Positions 1 through 12,400 of a stretch of 64,000 nt of DNA are shown in pieces (position 1 is the stretch's first letter; every line of letters begins with the position of its first letter). This DNA is from Eledone cirrhosa. Its lineage: Eukaryota. The stretch spans positions 242,916,001-242,980,000 of the forward strand of contig OZ024743.1 in NCBI GenBank assembly GCA_964016885.1. The letters are read 5' to 3'. A model generated the notes under the pieces. The model saw only the letters and a program-made list of their open reading frames with translations, did no database searches and had not been told where the DNA came from. The position numbers were made by a program, and so were the translations under genes.

Positions 1-113
1 TATATATATATATATATATATATATTATAAACAGTCAAGACACGACAGTTCAGCTCAGCCGTCTGAGTACCTTAATTACTGTGGTTACCCCCGATTGAAC
101 CCGGGACTCACAC

Positions 114-154
<41 letters not shown>

Positions 155-155
<1 letters not shown>

Positions 156-595
156 GGCGGTACTCAGTAACAGAGAAGACCCGCCTTACCTAAATATATA
201 GTAAAACCTACTCCAGCCAGTAGGCATCTCTAACAAAATACACCCCGTCCCACCACCCCCACCCCCACCCGATCCACACCACCCCGTTCTATGTAAAGTT
301 ATGTTGGTGCCGCGCCTTCGAGGCCGAAACAAATGAGATCGTGTAGGTGTCACGACAAAAAAACACACAGTCCACGCTGTAATGTGGCCGTGTAGGCAAC
401 ACGGTAAAAACCTCCCAGACCCACACTGTAAATGTGGTTGGTGTTAGGAAGGGCATCCAACTGTAGAAAACCTGCCAGACAGTCCTATGCGAGCAAGACA
501 ATCACTCTTGCCTCAAGTGGGACTACCCCTGTCCAAACCCATGCAAGCGTGGAACACGGACGTTAAACGTTGATGATGATGATGATGATGATGAT
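155..595 (+). mobile_element. 5'-truncated RTE LINE 3' end (last codons, 3' UTR, (GAT)n tail)
   Basis: Near-identical to 23469-23906, the 3' end of the RT-bearing RTE copy. Starts directly after a (TA)n tract and ends in (GAT)n. Confidence 0.88.
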
Positions 596-599
596 ATAT

Positions 600-763
600 A
601 AAATACAATATGTTGAAAGGGTAATACACTAGAGAGAGAGAGAGTGTGCCATCAATTACCCTTTCAACATATTGTATTTTAAAGACCTCAGGATTCCTTC
701 TCCTTTGAGCACATAATTTACAGGGAATAACGAGGGTCTATGGCTCCGTTAATTTATCGTGAC
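600..763 (+). repeat. Short fold-back element: 26-bp inverted repeat plus unpaired 3' extension
   Basis: AAAATACAATATGTTGAAAGGGTAAT (600-625) and its exact reverse complement (655-680). About 80 bp of unique tail follows before (TA)n. Confidence 0.7.
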
Positions 764-832
<69 letters not shown>

Positions 833-1016
833 TACACACACACACACAATCACCATCAGTTTATGTCTATTTTCCATGATGGCATGCGTTGGACAGATTG
901 TCATGATCCAAGACTGGGGAAGTCAGGGAACCACTCCATAGTCATACCTTCTGTTTTGGGCATGGTTTCTACAACCGAATGTCCTTTCTAACACCAACCA
1001 CTTTAAAGTATGCCAG

Positions 1017-1329
1017 AGATAAAGACTCCCTTCGGTCACGAATGACCATGGGATTTACACCTAGAAAGCTCTCCTCCGAGGTGCAAGTCCAGCAGTCGCC
1101 TATACATACCAGTCTCTCCTCTCCACGCCTCCGATGTTGTCCAAGGGAAAGGCAATGGCCGATACAGCTTGGCACCAGTGACATCGCAACTCATTTCTAC
1201 AGCTGAATGAACTGGAACAACATGAAATAAAGTGGCTTGCTCAAGAACACAATGCAGAGCCTGGTTGGAGAATCGAACTCACTATCTCACGATTGTAAGC
1301 TCGACGTTCTAACCAATAAGTCATGCGCC
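1017..1329 (-). mobile_element. tRNA-derived SINE (long-body family)
   Basis: Minus strand has a tRNA-like head (B-box GAGTTCGATTC) and a TTCTTGAGCAAG-CACTTTATTTC central motif. The body is shared with 32358-32670. Confidence 0.7.
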
Positions 1330-2119
1330 AGTGATAACACCTTACAGAATGTACTTGGTGCAATTTCATTTTAAACAACATACTGGGTGCATTTTATCAT
1401 GGTACCAGTACAACTTTACAGAATGTACTTGCTGTATTTTATCGTGCAACCAGCATAACTACTTATTGATAGTGAGAAGGGAGTGGTGTTGTTAGTAGTG
1501 AGAAAGAGTGAGTAGTGATGGGTGGTAGTGAGAAGGAGTTTATAAAAATGAAGAAAAGTTAAGATGAACTAAGAGAGGTAGAAAGAGAGAGAGAAGTTGT
1601 CTAACCCATGCTAGTGTGGAAGATAGATGTTAAACGATGATGATGATGATGACAAGAGCAGAAGGAACACTGAAAGATGAAAAAGAAAGAAAGGGACAAT
1701 AGAGTTATCTATCCCCAGGTCAGGCTGGTACTACTATTAAGGTTAATTAGGCAACCCCCTAGGGTGTTGACCTCAGAAAGGTGCATTATTCAACCATAAA
1801 GGTTGTATACATTTGTTTAATCCAATTAAATATATAATAATTTCCTACCATCTTTAAATAAATCACTAAATATCTTTGCTGCATAGAAACATTGGGGAAA
1901 TATACAAAGTCGTGAGTAACGTCATATGATGTTATAATCTGTCACATAATTTGTGGTGGCTGAGTGTGGACTGTGTAGTGGAAAATGTGGGCCTAGTAAT
2001 TTTTTAAATTCGATCAAAGCAAAGAGTGTCACAAACTAGGTTTATCAGCTTACCTAACTTTAAGTTGAAATTATTTTATTTAGGAGAATGAGGCATATAA
2101 CTGGGAAAAGGGGTCATAC

Positions 2120-2278
2120 ATTGTAAGACTGGTCTATGGCATTAAATACCCAGGCACTCATAGTAAGGCTAGCCTAAGGCACTAAATATCCAGGTTCACA
2201 CAGTAGAGCTAGATTAGTGTGATAAATACACAGGTGTCCATTGTAGGGCTATCCTAGGGTACTAAATACCTAGGTAAC
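2120..2278 (+). repeat. Degenerate ~40-bp tandem repeat, ~4 units
   Basis: Recurring tagtaaggctagcctaaggcactaaatacccagg-like unit. Confidence 0.5.
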
Positions 2279-2284
2279 TGGGCA

Positions 2285-2510
2285 TAGTGTATCTAGAACT
2301 ACATTATCCTATGTGTCCTTTCCTTTTGAAGATGGTAAGGTGTAGTTTGAGGGAGATTTGGCTACTATTTCTAGCAGGTCGAGCAGCCACGTAGACACTC
2401 ACTTGTTGGAAAAAAAAAGTTGCTGTTTAGTCCCAGGTCAATTTGAAGCAAGAAACTGCATGGTGCCATTCCAGTCATGACCATCCTGTCTTCTTTTCTT
2501 TTCAGGCATA
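2285..2510. mobile_element. Fragments of an abundant ~210-bp interspersed repeat ending in (AAC)n
   Basis: Motifs GAGGGAGATTTGGCTRCTATTTCTAGCAGG and GTTGTTTAGCCCCAGGTCA. These recur near 2900, 15580, 16000, 26160-26790, 40360-40660, 41020, 52260-52430 and 53355-53550. Confidence 0.65.
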
Positions 2511-3165
2511 GTATATATACATACATATATGGTCCCATAGCTCCTGATAGAGTCATAGGGGCATATTGACACAGCGTTTCTTGGGCATTTAAGCCTGGCG
2601 GAGTCCATCCTCTCCACTACAGCAGATTGCTTCCAGGGAAATATAGAAAGTGAGAAAGAGAAAATAAGAAAGAGATATAGAGGAAGAATCGATCTCACTA
2701 CTAGACTGGTACTTTTTTTATCGACCTCAAAAGGATGGAGGGCAAAGTTGACCTCGGTGGGAGTTGAACTCCGAGAGAAGAGAGCCGGAACAAATAGCAT
2801 AAAGCATTCTATCCAACATTCTAACTCTGCCAATTCGCCGTCTATGGTATATATAAGACTACATTATTTAATGTACCCGTACCTTTTTCATACAATAATG
2901 TGTAATTTGAGGGAGATGTAGCTGCTATTTCTAGCGACGACATAGTGGCTTCATTACGGGGTTTGAACAAAATAAGGTTTGTCAGAGTGGTAGGGGTGAT
3001 TAAGAAAGGACTCATTGTTGTTGTTTAGCCCCAGGTCAGTACTAATCATTCTATCTGTATTTGGACTGTATATCCATGACTATTTGTATATAAACATAAA
3101 CATAGATATGTGTATGTGTGTGTGTGTATATAGACATGGTCGTATAGTTAAGGAGTTCACTTCAC

Positions 3166-6100
3166 AGCATGGCCACAGTCTAATGACTGAACCTAGCAGA
3201 GAAATGTGGTGTCCCAGCATGGCCACAGTCTAATGACCGAACTTAGCAGAGAAATGTGGTGTCCCAGCATGGCCACAGTCTAATGACCGAACTTAGCAGA
3301 GAAATGTGGTGTCCCAGCATGGCCACAGTCTAATGACCGAACCTAGCAGAGAAATCTGGTGTCCCAGCATGGCCACAGTCTAATGACTGAACCTAGCAGA
3401 GAAATGTGGTGTCCCAGCATGGCCACAGTCTAATGACCGAACTTAGCAGAGAAATCTGGTGTCCCAGCATGGCCACAGTCTAATGACTGAACCTAGCAGA
3501 GAAATGTGGTGTCCCAGCATGGCCACAGTCTAATGACTGAACTTAGCAGAGAAATCTGGTGCCCCAGCATGGCCACAGTCTAATGACTGAACCTAGCAGA
3601 GAAATGTGGTGTCCCAGCATGGCCACAGTCTAATGACCGAACCTAGCAGAGAAATGTGGTGTCCCAGCATGGCCACAGTCTAATGACCGAACTTAGCAGA
3701 GAAATCTGGTGTCCCAGCATGGCCACAGTCTAATGACTGAACCTAGCAGAGAAATGTGGTGTCCCAGCATGGCCACAGTCTAATGACTGAACTTAGCAGA
3801 GAAATCTGGTGCCCCAGCATGGCCACAGTCTAATGACCGAACCTAGCAGAGAAATGTGGTGTCCCAGCATGGCCACAGTCTAATGACCGAACCTAGCAGA
3901 GAAATGTGGTGTCCCAGCATGGCCACAGTCTAATGACCGAACTTAGCAGAGAAATCTGGTGTCCCAGCATGGCCACAGTCTAATGACTGAACCTAGCAGA
4001 GAAATGTGGTGTCCCAGCATGGCCACAGTCTAATGACCGAACTTAGCAGAGAAATGTGGTGTCCCAGCATGGCCACAATCTAATGACCGAACCTAGCAGA
4101 GAAATCTGGTGTCCCAGCATGGCCACAGTCTAATGACTGAACCTAGCAGAGAAATGTGGTGTCCCAGCATGGCCACAGTCTAATGACCGAACTTAGCAGA
4201 GAAATCTGGTGTCCCAGCATGGCCACAGTCTAATGACTGAACCTAGCAGAGAAATGTGGTGTCCCAGCATGGCCACAGTCTAATGACTGAACTTAGCAGA
4301 GAAATCTGGTGCCCCAGCATGGCCACAGTCTAATGACTGAACCTAGCAGAGAAATGTGGTGTCCCAGCATGGCCACAGTCTAATGACCGAACCTAGCAGA
4401 GAAATGTGGTGTCCCAGCATGGCCACAGTCTAATGACCGAACTTAGCAGAGAAATCTGGTGTCCCAGCATGGCCACAGTCTAATGACTGAACCTAGCAGA
4501 GAAATGTGGTGTCCCAGCATGGCCACAGTCTAATGACCGAACTTAGCAGAGAAATCCGGTGCCCCAGCATGGCCACAGTCTAATGACTGAACCTAGCAGA
4601 GAAATGTGGTGTCCCAGCATGGCCACAGTCTAATGACCGAACTTAGCAGAGAAATCTGGTGCCCCAGCATGGCCACAGTCTAATGACTGAACCTAGCAGA
4701 GAAATGTGGTGTCCCAGCATGGCCACAGTCTAATGACCGAACTTAGCAGAGAAATCTGGTGCCCCAGCATGGCCACAGTCTAATGACTGAACCTAGCAGA
4801 GAAATCTGGTGTCCCAGCATGGCCACTGTCTAATGACCGAACCTAGCAGAGAAATGTGGTGTCCCAGCATGGCCACAGTCTAATGACCGAACTTAGCAGA
4901 GAAATCTGGTGCCCCAGCATGGCCACAGTCTAATGACTGAACCTAGCAGAGAAATGTGGTGTCCCAGCATGGCCACAGTCTAATGACCGAACTTAGCAGA
5001 GAAATCTGGTGCCCCAGCATGGCCACAGTCTAATGACTGAACCTAGCAGAGAAATCTGGTGTCCCAGCATGGCCACTGTCTAATGACCGAACCTAGCAGA
5101 GAAATGTGGTGTCCCAGCATGGCCACAGTCTAATGACCGAACCTAGCAGAGAAATGTGGTGTCCCAGCATGGCCACAGTCTAATGACCGAACTAAGCAGA
5201 GAAATCTGGTGTCCCAGCATGGCCACAGTCTAATGACCGAACTTAGCAGAGAAATGTGGTGTCCCAGCATGGCCACAGTCTAATGACCGAACCTAGCAGA
5301 GAAATCTGGTGCCCCAGCATGGCCACAGTCTAATGACTGAACCTAGCAGAGAAATCTGGTGTCCCAGCATGGCCACTGTCTAATGACCGAACCTAGCAGA
5401 GAAATGTGGTGTCCCAGCATGGCCACAGTCTAATGACCGAACCTAGCAGAGAAATGTGGTGTCCCAGCATGGCCACAGTCTAATGACCGAACTAAGCAGA
5501 GAAATCTGGTGTCCCAGCATGGCCACAGTCTAATGACCGAACTTAGCAGAGAAATGTGGTGTCCCAGCATGGCCACAGTCTAATGACCGAACCTAGCAGA
5601 GAAATGTGGTGTCCCAGCATGGCCACAGTCTAATGACCGAACCTAGCAGAGAAATGTGGTGTCCCAGCATGGCCACAGTCTAATGACCGAACCTAGCAGA
5701 GAAATGTGGTGTCCCAGCATGGCCACAGTCTAATGACCGAACTAAGCAGAGAAATGTGGTGTCCCAGCATGGCCACAGTCTAATGACCGAACTAAGCAGA
5801 GAAATGTGGTGTCCCAGCATGGCCACAGTCTAATGACCGAACTTAGCAGAGAAATCTGGTGTCCCAGCATGGCCACAGTCTAATGACTGAACCTAGCAGA
5901 GAAATGTGGTGTCCCAGCATGGCCACAGTCTAATGACCGAACTTAGCAGAGAAATCTGGTGCCCCAGCATGGCCACAGTCTAATGACTGAACCTAGCAGA
6001 GAAATGTGGTGTCCCAGCATGGCCACAGTCTAATGACTGAACCTAGCAGAGAAATGTGGTGTCCCAGCATGGCCACAGTCTAATGACCGAACTTAGCAGA

Positions 6101-6510
6101 GAAATATGGTGTCCCAGCATGACCACAGTCTAATGACTGAACCTAGCAGAGAAATGTGGTGTCCCAGCATGGCCACAGTCTAATGACCGAACCTAGCAGA
6201 GAAATGTGGTGTCCCAGCATGGCCACAGTCTAATGACCGAACCTAGCAGAGAAATGTGGTGTCCCAGCATGGCCACAGTCTAATGAATGAAACAAGTAAA
6301 GAAATGTGGTGCCCCAGCATGGACAGTCTAATGAATGAAACAAGTAAAGAAATGTGGTGTCCCAGCATGGCCACAGTCTAATGAATGAAACAAATAAAGA
6401 AACGTGATGCCCCAGCATGACTGCAGTCTCACAACTGAAACCAGTAAGGGAACAAAACAATGTGGTGCTCAAGCTTGGTCATAGTCTAATGACTGAAACT
6501 AGTGGAGAAA
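3166..6510 (+). repeat. 50-bp minisatellite, ~62 homogeneous units plus ~4 diverged terminal units
   Basis: Unit GTCCCAGCATGGCCACAGTCTAATGACYGAACYTAGCAGAGAAATSTGGT. There are no unique spacers. Confidence 0.98.
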
Positions 6511-6550
6511 AGAGGGGGATACAGAATGTAAGAAGAAAGTAGAGCAAAAG

Positions 6551-6920
6551 GAAGGAACGTCAAAAGTAAAGAGAGCTGTATAGAAGAGAGAGGGACGTCA
6601 AAAGTAAAGAGAATTGGATAGAAGAGAAAGGAACGTAAAAAGTAAAGAGAGTTGTATAGAAGAGAGAGAGGGACGTCAAAAGTAAAGAGAATTCTATAGA
6701 AGAGAAAGGAACGTCAAAAGTAAAGAGCGTTGTATAGAAGAAAGGGACGGATGTCAAAAGTAAGAGAATTATATAGAAGAAAAAGGAACGTCAAAAGTAA
6801 GAGAATTGTATAGAAGAGAGAGGGACGTCAAATGTAAAGAGTATTCTATAGAAGAGAAAGGAACGTCAAAAGTAAACAGAGATTTATAGAACGGAAAGAG
6901 ACGTCAAAAGTAAAGAGATA
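6551..6920 (+). repeat. ~38-bp purine-rich minisatellite, ~10 units
   Basis: Unit GRACGTCAAAAGTAAAGAGARTTGTATAGAAGAGARAG, with alternating GAACGTC/GGACGTC variants. Confidence 0.9.
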
Positions 6921-7408
6921 TGTAACAAAAAAAGTTATTAGTTATATACTAACACATCTATATAGATGTTTCTCTCCTAAACTTATGAAGTTTTATACAT
7001 TTTGATGTTCCCGAGGATCTAAATGTATAGATGATTCACATATGTATGGATATTTTCATTTTTCATCTTCCTTTCGTTCTTGTGGAATGTTACTTGAGTA
7101 TGAATGAATTTAATTTCCATATACTAAAATCATAAAATAATCTGTTTAATCATCCTTATCTATAGTTATTTTTTTCTTACATTTGGTAAAACGTACGTAA
7201 AACAAATAAAATGCTATAATTCTCCATAAACTCTTGGTTGTATTTTTATTTATTATTCATGCTCCGTGATTTTACATTCATAGAATTTTTTATTTTTATC
7301 ATGTGAACCTAGAGTTAATTTATTATTAGTATTTGCGGATCGTATGTACACACTGAGTTTTAAATCTTGGTAATTCTTTACTAAGTTGATCTTTCAGCTT
7401 ATTAAACT

Positions 7409-7443
<35 letters not shown>

Positions 7444-7561
7444 GTGTGTGTGTGTGTGTGTAAGAACTCATCCGTCGGTCTCTGACTCTCTACTATCCCA
7501 AATATCGAGTACTCTTATGAATAATAGTGTTACTAGTTTAAACTGGTAAAATTCTGACCTG

Positions 7562-7611
<50 letters not shown>

Positions 7612-7846
7612 CATACGTCAAGACGGGCGGTCTCAAAAGTGAAAGTAAATTTATTTTCATTTTCGAACGTCGTGTTTACATTTTGTGTGTGTGTTTAGAT
7701 CTAAATTAGTGTCGTTTTAACTGATTATATGTATATGTGTGTGTGTGTGTGTAGTTGACGGTTGAAAGAAGAGTACTCAATACTGAAGTAATCTTATATA
7801 TATATATATTTATATATATATATATATAAAGAGAGAGAGGGAGGGG

Positions 7847-7979
7847 GTAAAATCCCAACCGCGGCGCCAAGCGGTTTCAGCACACAAACCGAAACTGCTT
7901 GGCGCCGCGGTCGAGATTTTACACATCTCTATACAGACACTGCATCTCTACATAGATTGTATATTCCCATGATTAGTGG

Positions 7980-7980
<1 letters not shown>
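7847..7980 (+). mobile_element. Fold-back PLE-like fragment containing the 3' half of a hammerhead ribozyme
   Basis: GC-rich ~32-bp inverted arms (7847-7878 / 7891-7922). The right arm reads GAAA-CTGC-TTGGCGCC-GCGG-TC. A unique tail follows, and both flanks are microsatellites. Confidence 0.6.
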
Positions 7981-8056
<76 letters not shown>

Positions 8057-8220
8057 AACGTGGTTTCGCATTAAGGTTGTTTATTGATTATACACAGTTA
8101 CGACCGTTTCACAGTTAGGTGGCTCAGGATCCATGTAGCATATAGACTCTGCCATGGCATAGGGTGCTGATTTGGGTACCTTCCTCTGCAAACCACGAAT
8201 CTACTGAACAACTTAATATA

Positions 8221-8348
8221 TTCCTGATGATTTCCTTCGAATAAACAGTTCTAGTCCTGTAGAAGCCATTTCTATATTAAATTTGATGTTTACACTCTAC
8301 TAATTTTTTCAGTACCTTACTGTGGTTACTCCTGATTGAACCTGGGAC

Positions 8349-8352
<4 letters not shown>
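8221..8352 (+). mobile_element. PLE-type terminal fragment with degenerate HHR (family B)
   Basis: TTC-CTGATGA-TTTCCTTCGAAT-(G lost)AAA-CAG-TTCTAGTC-CTG-TA-GAA. Homologous to 14663-14714 and 37907-37959. The tail is shared with 69-111. Confidence 0.65.
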
Positions 8353-8403
<51 letters not shown>

Positions 8404-8497
8404 CTTTGGTATGTTCATATCCATGGAGCGCTTGTCTACACAATACGGAAGTTGCGTTTCGCTAATTTCTACGATTCTCGCTAAATTTATATTTGTG

Positions 8498-8595
<98 letters not shown>

Positions 8596-9336
8596 TATAC
8601 ACACACACATATATATATATATACACAGACGTATGTATACATATATATATATGTGTGCGTGTGAGGGTGTGTATATAATATATATATTTACATATATATA
8701 AGGAGAAAAATAGAATAATAAAGATGAATAAAGAAAAGTGTGAGAAAGGGAGGAAGGAGAGAAGGAGAGCGTAGAGAATAGAGGTAGAAAGGAAGGAGTA
8801 TACGATAGGGGGAAGGGTGTAAGGGAGAGTAGAAAGGAGTGTAACGGAGGGGAGAAAGGAAAAGAAGGTTAGAGGAGATAGTAGGAAGGGGTGTAAGGAA
8901 GTGGAGAAGGGTGTAGGAGAGAGTAGAAAGGAAGGAGGAGAAAAAAGGATGGAATGAAGGAAGAAAGATGAGAAGAAATGAAAGAAAATAGAAGGGGGAA
9001 AATGAAAGGGGAGAGAGCAAAGTAAGAAGGGGTGCATATACATTATATATATGTGTGTGCTGGAATCCGTCAGTTCCGACGATGAGTGTTACGGTTAATT
9101 TGACCAACGGAACAACCAGCTCATGAAATTAGCATGTAAGTGACCAAGCATTCCAAACATGAGCACGATTAACGTAGTTCTCAGGGAGATTTAGTGTGAC
9201 ACAGGGCTGGCAATTTTAATGACAAGTACAATTTTGTCTGAGTTGCTCTCAAAAGTGTTAAATGAACCCATTGACTGTGTATATATATATATATATATAA
9301 TATATAAGATCAAAAGATGGTTAAAAGAGTTCCAAG

Positions 9337-9404
9337 TATTTTATTATGCGCATTTCAAAAACAAATATCATGGGATGATATCTGCGTTCTCATCAGATAA
9401 AATA
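9337..9404 (-). ncRNA. Type I hammerhead ribozyme (PLE left arm)
   Basis: Minus strand: UAUUUUAU-CUGAUGA-stem II (GAUAUCAU ccc AUGAUAUU)-GAAA-UGCGCA-UA-AUAAAAUA. The core is intact, stem I is 8 bp and stem III is palindromic. Confidence 0.85.
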
Positions 9405-10634
9405 GGGAGACGTGATATGAAGCTTAAAAAACACTTGTGAGCAGTGAAGTTTTAAATCAACATATGAAAAATAAATTAAGATGGATGTATGAGATTGGGA
9501 AAAAGTGAGGGGGGAAGTAAGGAAGAGGAAGAAATAAGAGTAAAGGATGGTGGGGGAGGAGTATAAGAAGGAAGGATGAGAGAAGAGGAGAAATCGGTGA
9601 TAGAGAGAGAGAGATAGCCTTTACAACTGAGAAAATATTGTCTCACAGAGAGAAATTAAAAAGCCGTTGGAAGATAATAGATAATTTAAAAGATTTTGAA
9701 ATTAAAAGTTAATGAGGTTTATGCATGAAGAAAAAGGAATTAAGAATAGTATTAAATTAAGGTTTGTATATTGAAGGGTTTAATAATATGTGCGAAGAAA
9801 AGAATTTATTAATATGTATTATTAAAATAAAAATATTAATGATATTAAGGATATAATGTGAAAAGAAGGAGAGGAATAGATGAGTTATGAATTTAGGGGC
9901 ATTTGTTAGGGTTTAAGTTTGTTTTTATGTATTGTAATATGTATACGTAAATAGTATGTTTAAAATGAGTGTAGAAGGAGAGAAGAAAAAAGAATGTTTA
10001 AGGAAGAAAATATCTAACATCAAAAAGTATATATGTTTACGAAATATTTTCTAATGGTAATATTATAATATATTAAAAAGAAATTAGTTAGGGTTTAAGT
10101 TTGTTTTTATGTATTGTAATATGTAAAAGTAAAAGTAAGTAGTAGGTTTAAAACGAGCATGAAAGGATAGAAGAGATAAGAAAAATTTAAGGAAGAAAAA
10201 AATCTAACGTCAAAAAGTTTATGTTTACGAAGGACTTCTAATGGTAATATTATAATGTATTAAAAAAATAGTTTTTATGGCCAATAATATGAGGAAAGAT
10301 GGAAGAATGGATAATGTTGTAGTGAGTAATAATATGAATTGAGAAGTAGTTGGGAAGAAAAAGTACAGATTAGAGATTAGAAATTAAAAAAGAAAAAAGG
10401 AAGAAAGGAAAATGATAAAGAAGAATGACATAGAATGAGTAAATTGTATTATATAATATATAATACTGAAATAAGGTAGAAAGATGGGTATATTTGTAAA
10501 AGATATATAAGCCTTTGAGAAAAGGATTTTAAACTAGTAAGGTATTGAGATATTAGCTGTATACTTTATGGAATGTTTTATGGGATTTATGCAAGCAGAG
10601 CGAAAATAAATCTGTGCGTCTATTTATTATAGAA

Positions 10635-11716
10635 CTAGCAGAGGTACCCGGCGTTGCTCGGGTATTAAATAGCAGTTGTGTATACCATTTATGTCAATAC
10701 TTCAGTGCTACTTCGAAAACTATACTTTTACAAAATCATCGGCTTTTTCCAAAAGAGGATTCCTGCCCCCAGGGGTCCCCTACTCAATATGTGCCAATTC
10801 TGAGAGTTCACATTCATCTGTAGGACAAACGTAGCCCATGTGTCAAGTTTTGTGAAAATCGGTTGCGAACTCTAGAAGTTATGACGTTTTGTTGCATTGC
10901 ACTGCAGTTCTTCAGTCGACTCCAAGGAAGTGGTTAAAGGGGGTCATCTGCTGGGAGGCCCTGTAATCAATATCTGTAAAAATGAAAGTGCCCATGACCA
11001 TCCGGAGTACATAAGTAACCTATGTCTTAAGTTTGGTGAAAATACTGTAGAAATGCATAAGGTTTATACACGCGCGCGCTCGTGTGTGTGTGTGTTTGTG
11101 TGTGTGTGGGGGGCATGTATTTGTGTGTGCGTCTGTATGTGTATGTCCGTCGGGGCATGCGTAACGTATGTACTGGCCTAAATCTTCACTATTTACTTTT
11201 ACTATTTTAATAACCTCTGTCATTTTCGTTTTCAATTTTATTTACATCGTTCTTAAACTCCGGCGCTGGAAATCATTCTGTTATGTTAAATAGAATATTA
11301 GTCTAACGACTCCATTTATACCATAAACTTGGTCTTGTCTTTGCATGAAATTGTTCTTCTCGCTCCACATAACGACGTATTATCCTCGCTTTTTTTCCCG
11401 TTCATTGCCAGGGAACGTCTTCACGGACCAAAACATCGTCTTGCTGTTTTCGTTCGGTTGGAACGTTTCTCGGAATATTGACTTCTGCGTTCACAGATTA
11501 CACTCAGTTCAATTTGAATGGGAAATTCCTGTTTCATCGATTTTCTCCGTAACCATGGAAGCCTGTACCCTAAAAGTCGACCCAACGCCTCCTCGGGTCA
11601 TTCTGCATAACTGTGTAAATTTTCGCTGCATTCCACCAAGCCGTTTCGACGTTTATCCGACTATACCTACTTACTTAAATATACAACGTCCGACCACTTC
11701 CACTTTATATAGTAGA
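10635..11716 (-). mobile_element. Non-autonomous Helitron (1082 bp)
   Basis: Minus strand starts 5'-TC and ends CTAG-3', with the subterminal hairpin ACCCG-AGCAACGC-CGGGT. It sits between A and T with no TSD. The empty site is present in the right PLE arm. Confidence 0.93.
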
Positions 11717-12400
11717 TTGAAATTAGATATAATGGTAAATTTCTCGGCTAGGCAGAGATTACATGTTCTGGATAGGGAAGAATTCAGGTAAGGAAAGGCG
11801 GAACAAACCTTCCTCCAAGATATGTTATAGTTAATATTTTTGTTTTTCAAGGACCATATGAGTTCCGAGAGTGCCGTGTTAGTTCTTTTAAGTTGGTATC
11901 TAAAAGACGATTTGTGATTATAAAATCTAGCTTTAAAGGAAGTGGAAGTGGAACCGAAATAGGTAAAAGAATTAGTATCAGTTATAACCTTACATTCATA
12001 GACCAAGTTTTTATCAAGACAATGGTTATTAAGAGGACATTTAGTTTTAATAGGGCAATTACAATTACGTTTAGAGAAATTAACAGAGTTATTAACAAGT
12101 GACCTAGTATTCTTTATAGAAGGAATTGGATTGGAGAAGTTATTTACGATAGGAACAATAGTTTCCTGATTTAGATTGGTATTATGAACATTCAACGAAG
12201 TTACGTTTGACGTCGTATTTAAATTTACAGAATCTAGCCTAGAGTTAACAATGACGTCGGGTATACTACTGCTATTATTATGACGCTCAGTGTTGGAAGG
12301 ATGTAATTTATTATTTAATATTATATTTTATTGTTGTGTTTAGAGATAATGTTAGAGATGTTGGAAGTGGTGGAATAAGAAAATTTAATTCTATGTTTTA
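11717..12400 (-). pseudogene. Penelope GIY-YIG endonuclease and linker region (disrupted)
   Basis: KHRIKFSYSTTSNISNIISKHNNKI linker, then a frameshift, then CNCPIKTKCPL..NLVYECKV..YFGST..FKARFYNHKSSF..TALSELIW..CNLCLAEK. The C-terminus resumes left of the Helitron (10634 to ~10549). Confidence 0.9.

Noticed and set aside
3166-6510. CRISPR-like regular array
   Set aside because: Units are head-to-tail with no unique spacers, there are no cas genes, and the context is eukaryotic.
9905-9915. TTAGGG telomeric seed
   Set aside because: Single hexamers inside the PLE UTR duplication, not an array.
11345-11791. 148-aa plus-strand ORF
   Set aside because: It spans the Helitron/PLE junction antisense to both elements and has no recognisable motif.
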